Source: Planctomycetota bacterium
GTDB taxonomy: Bacteria; Planctomycetota; UBA8742; JACQVU01
Assembly (NCBI GenBank): GCA_016209585.1
Contig: JACQVU010000012.1
Span: 1-33,095, forward strand
DNA length: 33,095 nucleotides
Reading direction: 5' to 3'
The translations under genes and the position numbers were made by a program. The notes beneath the pieces were generated by a model, which was not told the DNA's origin, did no database searches, and saw only the letters and a program-made list of their open reading frames with translations. Within the stretch, counting starts at the first letter, position 1. The number at the start of each line of letters is the position of its first letter. Of the stretch, positions 24,067 to 31,271 are shown piece after piece.

Positions 24067-27000
24067 TCAAGGCGCGCGGGCGCGGCGAGCGCGGCCGGCG
24101 CCGGCGCGTCCGTCCGTCCCCGACGATCCGGGGAGGCGCGGCAGAGCCAGGTCGGGCCGTCCGGAGAAGTCGGGCCGCGGCGGGGGGTTCTCACGCAGAA
24201 GGCGCGACGCCTCCGCGATGGCGCGGTCCAGTTGCGGGTCGCGGCCGGCGGCGTGATCCTGCGGGGCGATGTCCACCTCGAGGTCCGGCTCCGTGCCGTA
24301 GTTCTCCACGCCGTAGCCCACGTCGTGGAACCAGAAACTGAACTCCGGCTGGGTGGTGAGCGAACCGTCCACCAGCCGGTGGCGGGGGTGGATGCCGATG
24401 ACGCCGCCCCAGGTGCGTTTGCCGATGAGCGGCCCCAGGCGCATCAGTTTGAAGCAGTGGCTGAAGATGTCGCCGTCGGAGCCGGCGTTTTCATTCGTCA
24501 GGCCGACCAGCGGCCCTTTCACGCTGTGCAGCGGGTAGGGGTCGGGCGGGCCGTACCGTTTGAGGTCGTAGCCCACGCGCTTGCGGGCCAGTTTCTCGAG
24601 GATGAGTTGCGAGACGTGGCCGCCGCCGTTGAAGCGGACGTCGACGATGAGAGCGTCGCGCTCCGACTCGGTGAGATAGGCGCGGTGGAACTCGGCGTAG
24701 CCCCGCGGCCCCATGTCGGGGATGTGGAGGTAGCCGACCCGCCCCTTGGTTTCCCGGAGCACGTGGCGGCGGTTGCTTTCCACCCACTCGCGGTAGCGGG
24801 CCGGATATTCGGACGACGCCACGGGCACGATGCACCTTTTCTCCGCGCCGCGGCCCTTGGCCTGGTAGGTCACCTCCACCTCCGCGCCGGCGCGATGCAG
24901 CAGCGCCTCGCCGGGGGTGAAGGTCTCGGTGAGCCGCACGCCGCCGACGGCGGTGAGCAGGTCGCCGGCGGCGATGGGAAGGCCGGGCCGCGCCAGCGAC
25001 GAGTTCTCGGCCCAGGAGTCGCCTTTCACGACGTGTTCGACGCGGTACCCTTTCGCCCGCCGATCCCACGCGAAGTCGGCCACCAGCGTCCCCTGCGAAT
25101 AGGACGGCCCGGGCCGGTAGTCGCCCCCGAACTCGTAGCAGTGCGAGGTTCCCAGTTCCCCCTGCATCTCCCACATGAGGTCGGAGAACTCCGACCGCGT
25201 TCCCACCCGCGGCAATAGCGGCAGGTAGCGGCGGTAGATCAACCCCCAATCCACGTTCGACATGTTGGGGACCCAGAAGTGGTCGCGCTGCAACCGCCAG
25301 GCCTCGCGGTACATCTGGCGCCATTCGCGCGCCGGCTCCACCGGCACCCTCACGCGGTCCAGGTCGATCCACCCGCCCTTCCGCCCGGAACCGTCGCCGA
25401 GGCGGCTGTCGTCGGGCTTCTCCCCGGCCTTGATCACCCGCACGTCGCGCCCCTGGTTGTAGACCAGCGTCTTGCCGTCGGGCGTGAGCGTGAACGACGT
25501 GATCCCCTTCACCAGCGTCTCGCGCTTCTTGTCCTCGTAGGTCCAGCACTCCAGCGCGCCACCGCTCTCCTCGGCCTCGTCGGTCCAGGACATGCCCAGC
25601 GACCCTTCCACCGGGAAGGAGGTGAACACCACCTTCCCGCCCGCCACCCCCCCGATCTGGCCGTACAGGCCGTCGGGCACGGGAAAGACGCAGACCCGGT
25701 CGGCGATGCCCTCGGCCTCGACCACCAGGAGCGCCACCGCGGCCTTCTTCTTCTTACCCTTGCCCTTGCCCTTGCCCTGGCGCGTCGCCGCGCCCGTCGG
25801 CGGCTTGCCAGCCTCGTTCTCTTTTCCCTTGGCGTCAGCCGCCCCCGGCTCCCGCGGCGGAGGGAGGAAGGGCGACGTGAGCGCGCGCTGCAACGTCGCC
25901 AGGCAGGGGCGGATGCTGCGCGGGAAGCCGAGATCGAAATACTGCGTGTCGTAGACCGGGTCGAAGCCCCGCGCCGAGAGGAAGTAGAGGTACTTGCCGT
26001 CCGGGTCGAACGAGGGGGCGTAGTCGCGGAACTCGCTGCGGGTCACGTCCAGCCTCCGGCCGTTCTTCACCTGGCAGAGCCGGATGATGCTGGTGGAGAG
26101 GGAGTCGGCCCAGCCGTACGCCAGCCAGCGGCCATCGGGTGACCAGGCCAGGCCGGCGATGCGGTCGAAGCCGGAGGTGTCCAGCACCCGAGTCTTGCGG
26201 GTCTTGAGGTCCACGTGCACCAGTTCGAAGCGGTGGTTGGTGATCGCCACCTCATCGGCGACCGGGCTGGGCAGCAGCGAGACCGGCCGGCCGAGCGCCG
26301 GGCCGCGGATGGCCAGCGTTTTGGCCGCGCCGGGACTCTTGAGGTCGTGGACCTCCAGGAACTCCTCCCCGCCGTCGTCGGTGACGGTGATCACGCGGCG
26401 GCCGTCGTGGAGGAAGCGCGCCAGGCGCCGACGCGCGCCCTCTTCGCCCTGCGCGCCGATCTCGGTGACCGGACCCTCGAAGTTAGAGAAGACGAAGGCC
26501 CGCGCCCGCGAGACGATGGCCAGCGCCTGGCCGTCCTTGCGCGGGTGGAAGGTGGTCAGGAAGCGCCGGCAGGAGGCGAAGCGGCGGTTGGCGCGCACGC
26601 GCGGCGAGTGGTAGTCCACCGCGACCCGTTTCTCACCGCCCGACGCGGGGTCGAAGAGGTAGAGGTCGGCGCCGCAGTGGTAGACGACGCGCCGGCCGTC
26701 GGTGGAGGCGTTGCGCGCGTAGTATTCCTCGTGATGGGTGTGCCGCCGGAGGTCGCCCCCCGCCGGCGTGGCGGAGTAGAGGTTGCCGATCCCCTCGTGG
26801 TCCGAGATGAAGTAGACCCGCCCGCCCACCCACAACGGCGAGGCCAGGTTCCCCTTGAGCGAGATCAGCCGCCGGAACTCGCCGTCGCCCGCGGCGTCAA
26901 TCCAGAGGTCCCCGCACCGGCCGCCGCGGTACCGCTTCCACCGCGCGGGGTCGGCGGTGTGGCGGCCGATGACGGCCCGCCCCCCCGGCCCGTACGAAAT

Positions 27001-27405
27001 GGCATGGGCCGGCCCCACCGGCAACCGCCGCGGCAGCCCGCCCGCGACCGGCACGGCGTACAAGTGCACCATGCCCGGCAAGGGGTGGCCGCCGGACGAC
27101 GCCGCCACGATCTCGCCGGCGGGCGTCCAGCCGGCCACGAACGTGAACGGCGAGCCGAGATAGGTCACCCGCCGCGGCTGGCCGCCCTCGGCCGGCATCA
27201 CGAAGACCTCGGGCGGGCCTTCCTCGCGGCTGGTGAAGGCGATCCAGCGGCCGTCGGGGGAGAGGGCCGGCCGGGTAGACTCGCCCTCGCCGGAGGTGAG
27301 CCGTCGCGCGACGCCGCCCGAGGCGCTCACGGCCCAGAGGTCGTCCTCGCTGATGAAGACCACGGTGTCGTCGTGACTGGTGGGGTAGCGGTAGTAACCG
27401 GGCAT
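24067..27405 (-). CDS. Tricorn-type protease homolog (beta-propellers + PDZ + S41 peptidase core)
   Basis: The N-terminus MPGYYRYPTSHDDTVVFISEDDLWAV is typical of tricorn homologs. PD40-type blades are present (SPDGRWIAFTS, SPDGRWLAYG, TPDGKTLVY). The S41 core shows YLHIPDMG...IVDVRFNGGG...GLTNENAGSDGDIFSHCF...IGKRTWGG. An alternative TTG start at 27468 would overlap the upstream stop (TTGA) and add a 21-aa basic extension. Confidence 0.85.
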   Translation of the reverse strand: MPGYYRYPTSHDDTVVFISEDDLWAVSASGGVARRLTSGEGESTRPALSPDGRWIAFTSREEGPPEVFVMPAEGGQPRRVTYLGSPFTFVAGWTPAGEIVAASSGGHPLPGMVHLYAVPVAGGLPRRLPVGPAHAISYGPGGRAVIGRHTADPARWKRYRGGRCGDLWIDAAGDGEFRRLISLKGNLASPLWVGGRVYFISDHEGIGNLYSATPAGGDLRRHTHHEEYYARNASTDGRRVVYHCGADLYLFDPASGGEKRVAVDYHSPRVRANRRFASCRRFLTTFHPRKDGQALAIVSRARAFVFSNFEGPVTEIGAQGEEGARRRLARFLHDGRRVITVTDDGGEEFLEVHDLKSPGAAKTLAIRGPALGRPVSLLPSPVADEVAITNHRFELVHVDLKTRKTRVLDTSGFDRIAGLAWSPDGRWLAYGWADSLSTSIIRLCQVKNGRRLDVTRSEFRDYAPSFDPDGKYLYFLSARGFDPVYDTQYFDLGFPRSIRPCLATLQRALTSPFLPPPREPGAADAKGKENEAGKPPTGAATRQGKGKGKGKKKKAAVALLVVEAEGIADRVCVFPVPDGLYGQIGGVAGGKVVFTSFPVEGSLGMSWTDEAEESGGALECWTYEDKKRETLVKGITSFTLTPDGKTLVYNQGRDVRVIKAGEKPDDSRLGDGSGRKGGWIDLDRVRVPVEPAREWRQMYREAWRLQRDHFWVPNMSNVDWGLIYRRYLPLLPRVGTRSEFSDLMWEMQGELGTSHCYEFGGDYRPGPSYSQGTLVADFAWDRRAKGYRVEHVVKGDSWAENSSLARPGLPIAAGDLLTAVGGVRLTETFTPGEALLHRAGAEVEVTYQAKGRGAEKRCIVPVASSEYPARYREWVESNRRHVLRETKGRVGYLHIPDMGPRGYAEFHRAYLTESERDALIVDVRFNGGGHVSQLILEKLARKRVGYDLKRYGPPDPYPLHSVKGPLVGLTNENAGSDGDIFSHCFKLMRLGPLIGKRTWGGVIGIHPRHRLVDGSLTTQPEFSFWFHDVGYGVENYGTEPDLEVDIAPQDHAAGRDPQLDRAIAEASRLLRENPPPRPDFSGRPDLALPRLPGSSGTDGRAGAGRARRARAP

Positions 27406-27464
27406 GAGGTTGTGGCGAGAACTGGTGGAAGCCGGCCGCCGGCGCGCGGGGCGCGGGGTGGCCG

Positions 27465-28790
27465 TCAATCGAGATGACGTTCAATCAGCGCGCGCACGTC
27501 GAGGGCCCGCGCCGGCCCGCTCGACCCGGCGGGCCGGGTCTCGGGTTGGTCGGAGAGAAAGACGGCCATTTCCTCCTCCCGCTCCGGCCGCCGACCGTGG
27601 GAGCCGCGGATGAGCGTGGTGTCAAGCGAGATGCACTCTCCGGCCTGGTCCCAGAACATCTCCAGCGGGTCGTAGCCGGCCTTGTTGTGAATGTCGATGC
27701 CGCGCGCGAAGGCGGGGCGCTTGGCGTCGTCGAACCACCAGGGGTAGGAGAACCACCACCCCCGCGCGGCCACGCACACCACGTCGCCGGCGCGCGGGTG
27801 GCCCAGGCCGGCCGCCGTCAGCGCCTTTTCCCCGACCAGCGTGGCGCCCACGCCCTCGGTCCGGGAGAGCAGCGCCGCCACCTCCCGCGGCCGGGCGCCG
27901 TGCTGGACGAAGACGTGGGCCACCTCATGATCCACCAGCGCGAAGGCCCGCGAGGCGCCGGCGTCGAGGTGCTCGATCCCCTCCACCTCGCGCACGGCGA
28001 GGAGGCCAGCCTGGCGCAGCGCGCGGTTGAGCGGCGCGGCATGCGACACCTCATCCATGCCGTATTCCGACAGGACGATGAGACGCATGCCCCGCGAGCC
28101 GGCGAAGTCAAAAAGCCCACCCAGGAGGGCGTCCACCTGGGCGAGATCGTCCAGCGCCTCCCGCGAGGTCGGCCCGAACTTCTGCAGGCTGTAATCCAGG
28201 TGCGGGAGGTAGGCCAGCGTCAGGTCCGGATCGAAGCCCTCCACCACCATCCGGACGCACCGCGCGATCCACTCCGACGCCGCGATGTTCGTGAGCGGCC
28301 CCCAGTAGCAGAACAGCGCGAAGGGCGAGAGTGCCGGCGTCAACCTCTCCTCGTAGAACCCCACCGGGCGCGACCAGCAGGTTGAAATCGTCTTGCCGTC
28401 CGGCGTGTGCACCGGCGCCGGCGTGACGATCACGTCGTTGCTCGAATACTTGGAGTTCTGCCAGAACAGCATCGCCGAGCGGAAGCCGGGCTGCTTCGCG
28501 CGGCGCGCTTCCCACACCTTCTCGCCCGCCACGAGTTGGGTCGGTTGTTCCCAGTTGTCCCAGCGGCAGTGGTCGCGGTCATACAGTCCGTTCGCCACGA
28601 CCCCGTGCTTCCCCGGCGGCAGGCCCGTGGTGTAGGTGGCCTGCGCCGGGCAAGTCAGCGCCGGGAAGACCGGCGCCAGCGGCGCGTACCAGCCGCGGCG
28701 GCGAAGTTCGGCGAGGCGGGGGCAGCGGGATTCATGCGCCAGGAGCGCCGGAGAGAGCCCGGCGACGTTGAGCACCAGGACCTTGGGCAT
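27465..28790 (-). CDS. Alkaline phosphatase superfamily protein, nucleotide pyrophosphatase/phosphodiesterase (NPP)-like
   Basis: 441 aa. VFPALTCPAQATYTTGLPPGKHGVVANG aligns with the NPP signature (P)TxTfPnh.sivTGl.P..HGi..N, which contains the nucleophile Thr and metal ligands. YLPHLDY and VLSEYGM blocks are consistent with the metal-site D/H motifs. The ATG at 28790 is preferred; the TTG at 28793 is also in frame. Confidence 0.7.
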   Translation of the reverse strand: MPKVLVLNVAGLSPALLAHESRCPRLAELRRRGWYAPLAPVFPALTCPAQATYTTGLPPGKHGVVANGLYDRDHCRWDNWEQPTQLVAGEKVWEARRAKQPGFRSAMLFWQNSKYSSNDVIVTPAPVHTPDGKTISTCWSRPVGFYEERLTPALSPFALFCYWGPLTNIAASEWIARCVRMVVEGFDPDLTLAYLPHLDYSLQKFGPTSREALDDLAQVDALLGGLFDFAGSRGMRLIVLSEYGMDEVSHAAPLNRALRQAGLLAVREVEGIEHLDAGASRAFALVDHEVAHVFVQHGARPREVAALLSRTEGVGATLVGEKALTAAGLGHPRAGDVVCVAARGWWFSYPWWFDDAKRPAFARGIDIHNKAGYDPLEMFWDQAGECISLDTTLIRGSHGRRPEREEEMAVFLSDQPETRPAGSSGPARALDVRALIERHLD

Positions 28791-28907
28791 CAATCAATCC
28801 CGGGGGAGCGCCGAAAGCGAAGCGAACGCCCCGATGCGATGCGAGGCGCCGCGGCCGACCGCGACCCCGTGGCCGCCGGACGCGCGCGCCGCGTCTGGAA
28901 ACGCGGC

Positions 28908-28937
28908 ACTCTACGGCGCGGTTCTCCCCCATGTCAA
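28908..28937 (-). promoter_or_regulatory. Candidate sigma70-type promoter for the NPP-like/tricorn/rluB gene string
   Basis: The minus strand reads TTGACA (28937-28932), an 18-nt spacer, then TAGAGT (28913-28908). A perfect -35 hexamer is rare in sequence this GC-rich. The implied TSS near 28900 gives a leader of about 110 nt that begins with a 7-bp hairpin (28888-28907). This is pattern-matching only. Confidence 0.25.
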
Positions 28938-29443
28938 GCGCGGCGCCGGGGCGCGGCGGGGTGCGGATTGAACGTGTACGCGCCAAGTGTGGGCGGCCCT
29001 ACCCAACCTCGCGGGGGCGCCGGGGAGATCACTTTCGCGACCAGGCCCGCCGGCGTTCAACACGGAGACCCGGAGAGACGGAGAGCGCACGGAGAAGAAC
29101 CCGGTCGCGGACGATCGGACGAATCCGACCGATCGGACCGATCCCCCGTCCTGTGTCCCGCGCCCAACCACCGCCGCCGGTGGGGCAGGCCTCCGGGCCT
29201 GCCTGCGCGCAATCGCCGGCAGAGACGCCGGCGCCACCGTCGGCTCCGCCCCCGCGACGCCACGATGGCCTCGTACACCATCAATCCGCACCCGGCGCGG
29301 CCGAGGCCCGCCCGCCGGCACACCGACGGGCGGCTGAAGCCGAAGATCTCCCGCGTGAAGGCCGGTTTCGGCGGGAATGGGCCCGCTGGTGAGTGATGTG
29401 CGGACGCGATGGAACACCCTCCTCCGCGGAGGGAAAAAGGCGA

Positions 29444-29872
29444 TCAGGAGCGAGGCCGCGCCATGAAGACGAGAATCTCGCCGTAGTACCCACCACAAAC
29501 GTCTTCGGGTGATTGGGAACAGATGTCTTCGAGATCGCCCAACTTGTGAAGCCACGAACCGTTCGGACTCTGCCTGGCGGCATGGGTCCACTTGCCGTCC
29601 CTCTGATACAAAGCCACTTTCTCGATTCCTTCTTCCGGATCGGCGTTATCGCATACCTTGTATCCCAACGCTTCGAAAAGGTTCACGAGCACGCGCTGGT
29701 CCTCGCTCAACTCGATACCGTCGGGCCAGTAGTAGCCGCCGGGGTTCGTATCCCACCTTCGATACGTTTCTCCCACCGCGAACGCGATGCAGTTGTACGT
29801 TTTATCCTCCGGGCTGGTCACCCGATACCGATCCGGCTGCAATCGGGGAAAGTCGTTCTTGTCCCAGACCAT
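29444..29872 (-). CDS. Small conserved hypothetical protein with a Cys/His pair suggesting a papain-like (NlpC/P60- or CHAP-like) hydrolase fold
   Basis: 142 aa from the ATG at 29872, which lies 2 nt after the upstream stop. The motifs YNCIAFAVGE...YYWP...LGYKVC...IEKVALYQRDGKWTHAARQSPNGSWLHKLGDLEDI...YGEILVFMARP match a widespread uncharacterised family I recall as YNCIAWA...THAARQL.nG.W.SKLG. The invariant-looking C (NC) and H (THAAR) are spaced as in Cys-His hydrolases. The function is inferred only. Confidence 0.6.
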   Translation of the reverse strand: MVWDKNDFPRLQPDRYRVTSPEDKTYNCIAFAVGETYRRWDTNPGGYYWPDGIELSEDQRVLVNLFEALGYKVCDNADPEEGIEKVALYQRDGKWTHAARQSPNGSWLHKLGDLEDICSQSPEDVCGGYYGEILVFMARPRS

Positions 29873-29874
29873 GG

Positions 29875-30387
29875 TCAGCAGTACCCGTTGCGCGCTCCCC
29901 ATTCCAACCAGGCTTTGGCCATGCGATCGAGAATCCCCGCGTCTTCCGCCGGAACAGGGTTCTCTTCGGTGATGTAGTGAAGAGCCGGAAACCAGTGATC
30001 CGGCCCTTTCTTCAACTCTTCAAAGACGAACGGAAGCGCGGCACGGCCCATGCCGATGATCTTCTGGTATGAGTCGTGCATGCACATGTCGCGAACGCGG
30101 CTGCTAACGCTCGGACGATTGGCGTACCAGTCTTCGGCCAGACGGCGGAACTTCTGACGATTCTCCACGTCTGCGGGCACGTAGAGACCGGGCAACGGGA
30201 GACTCGACCCCTGCGAGAAGCCGCGCTTCGTTGAAGTGACAACTCGCCCCCCCTTGACGGTCACGTGCCATGTGTCCGCCGCCCCGTCGAAAGTGGTTCC
30301 GAAACCAGGCTGGGAGGGATCTTCCGCTTCCAACGTCAGCGGCGCGACACACCCCTCCTGCCGCCTCGGCGTCGTCACAGGGGTCAT
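29875..30387 (-). CDS. Hypothetical protein, 170 aa, middle gene of the three-gene cassette
   Basis: The ATG at 30387 overlaps the upstream stop (ATGA at 30387-30384). The ORF track extends to 30441, but that start would overlap the upstream gene by 58 nt. The C-terminal half, FRRLAEDWYANRPSVSS...HDSYQKIIGMGRAALPFVFEELKKGPDHWFPALHYITEENPVPAEDAG...AKAWLEWG, resembles a recurrent small helical family (hpaY..IigmG..alP.iL.eL....dhWf.aL..iTg.nPv). I know of no assigned function. Confidence 0.6.
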   Translation of the reverse strand: MTPVTTPRRQEGCVAPLTLEAEDPSQPGFGTTFDGAADTWHVTVKGGRVVTSTKRGFSQGSSLPLPGLYVPADVENRQKFRRLAEDWYANRPSVSSRVRDMCMHDSYQKIIGMGRAALPFVFEELKKGPDHWFPALHYITEENPVPAEDAGILDRMAKAWLEWGARNGYC

Positions 30388-31181
30388 GCCTTGCGCCTTC
30401 CCCGGCGAATGCCGGTCCTGGCGATGGACTTGATGTGCCACAAGTACTCGCGGAACAAGACCATCGACGCCTTGAAACCTCGCGGTCCTCCCCGCTGCGT
30501 TCCCACCTCCAGGGCCACGGTGGCCGCGAAAACCACCTCCGGGACGTCAGCGTCAACCGAGACCCCGACCTCGGACAACGCCTCGCGCGGTTTCGCCGTG
30601 TCCACAAAGCACTTGGAGAGCACGTTCAGGTGAGTCCCCCCTCCGAGCACCTTGCTGGGCGCCGGTCGGTTCACCTGATAGACGAAGTCACAGGAATTCT
30701 CCGTGTCGATATGAACAGTCTTCAGGCATGGCGCCATGATTCGCAACGCCTCGTTTTGACTGCTCCCCGCGTCTGCGACGAGTGCCGCCTTCACGCCTTG
30801 GCGGTCCAGTAATGGGAGATCGGAATGCGAATACCACTTCTTGATGAGTGACTCGAACAGGTCAAGGACCTCACCGCACGCGCCCATCGCTGGAACCCGG
30901 CGAAGCCGATCCGCCGTTTTCGGTGAAGCGATCGGAAGCAGCGCCCAGATGACTTCATTGCGTGCCACGCCGAGCGCGAGCGCCGCGAACTCGTTCTCCA
31001 AGACGCCGGTCGTCCACGCTTCCGGCGCCTCGGGCGGCCCGTCCGCACGCCGACTATCCGGCGCCACCGGCGAAACCCGCTTCCACCACTTGTCCGTGAC
31101 CGAAGGAGCGGGAGCCTGGGCGAACGTTGAGACCAACGCGACCCCCCGGAGGTTCCAACGATTGGTGTCCGTTTTCACCAT
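30384..31181 (-). CDS. Hypothetical protein, 265 aa, first gene of the three-gene cassette
   Basis: The ATG at 31181 is preceded by a GGAG 8 nt upstream. The amino-acid composition is balanced, unlike the Arg/Pro/Gly-rich alternative-frame ORFs here. I recognise no family motif. Confidence 0.6.
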   Translation of the reverse strand: MVKTDTNRWNLRGVALVSTFAQAPAPSVTDKWWKRVSPVAPDSRRADGPPEAPEAWTTGVLENEFAALALGVARNEVIWALLPIASPKTADRLRRVPAMGACGEVLDLFESLIKKWYSHSDLPLLDRQGVKAALVADAGSSQNEALRIMAPCLKTVHIDTENSCDFVYQVNRPAPSKVLGGGTHLNVLSKCFVDTAKPREALSEVGVSVDADVPEVVFAATVALEVGTQRGGPRGFKASMVLFREYLWHIKSIARTGIRRGRRKA

Positions 31182-31227
31182 GGCGACTGCTCCATTCTAC
31201 AGCGAGTCCGGTTCCGATCGTAGCCGG

Positions 31228-31266
31228 AAAACAGCGGGCTGGAGCGCCGCCAAGGCGCTCCCGCCC
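31228..31266 (-). terminator. Candidate intrinsic terminator after the histidine kinase gene
   Basis: The minus strand, just after the HK TAG (31274-31272), reads GGGC-G-GGAGCGCC TTGGC GGCGCTCC-A-GCCC GCTG TTTT CC. This gives an 8-bp perfect stem (31254-31261 / 31241-31248) extended by 4 bp across a 1x1 mismatch. A T4 run follows 4 nt after the stem, so the U-tract is short and offset. Confidence 0.35.
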
Positions 31267-31271
31267 CACCG

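Noticed and set aside
27406-27468. N-terminal extensions in the ORF track: tricorn from TTG 27468, rluB from 24018, the Cys/His protein from 29902, and the middle cassette gene from 30441.
   Set aside because: The internal ATGs at 27405, 24000, 29872 and 30387 coincide with where family-typical sequence begins, or remove gene overlaps of 28-58 nt. The longer forms remain possible, especially the TTGA-overlapped tricorn start.
29112-29141. Possible tRNA fragment or att site (cggacgaatccg resembles a T-arm).
   Set aside because: The stem is only 4 bp with a 4-nt loop rather than 5 bp with a 7-nt loop. No acceptor or anticodon arms can be built around it. It is better explained as part of a CGATCG palindrome cluster.
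29417-29433. Hairpin CCCTCC-tccgc-GGAGGG just downstream of the cassette's last gene, considered as an intrinsic terminator.
   Set aside because: On the transcribed (minus) strand the T5 run precedes the stem rather than following it, and only TGTT follows. It does not fit the canonical stem-plus-U-tract layout.
28407-29591. ORFs covering the long spacer: 28407-29396(+) 329 aa, 28911-29591(-) 226 aa, 28931-29392(+), 28987-29337(+), 29057-29323(-).
   Set aside because: They are mutually overlapping and Arg/Pro/Gly-dominated. They run into neighbouring real genes in the wrong frame and have no start context or motif. I treat them as GC-driven artefacts.
31116-31166. RES-domain-like N-terminal motif in the 265-aa protein (TNRWNLRGVALVSTFAQ versus the RES pattern gRwN..G.p.lY.a).
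   Set aside because: Only this one short stretch resembles the family. I could not find convincing downstream E and S motif blocks, the protein is longer than typical RES toxins, and no Xre/DUF2384-type partner is present. The evidence is too weak to call.
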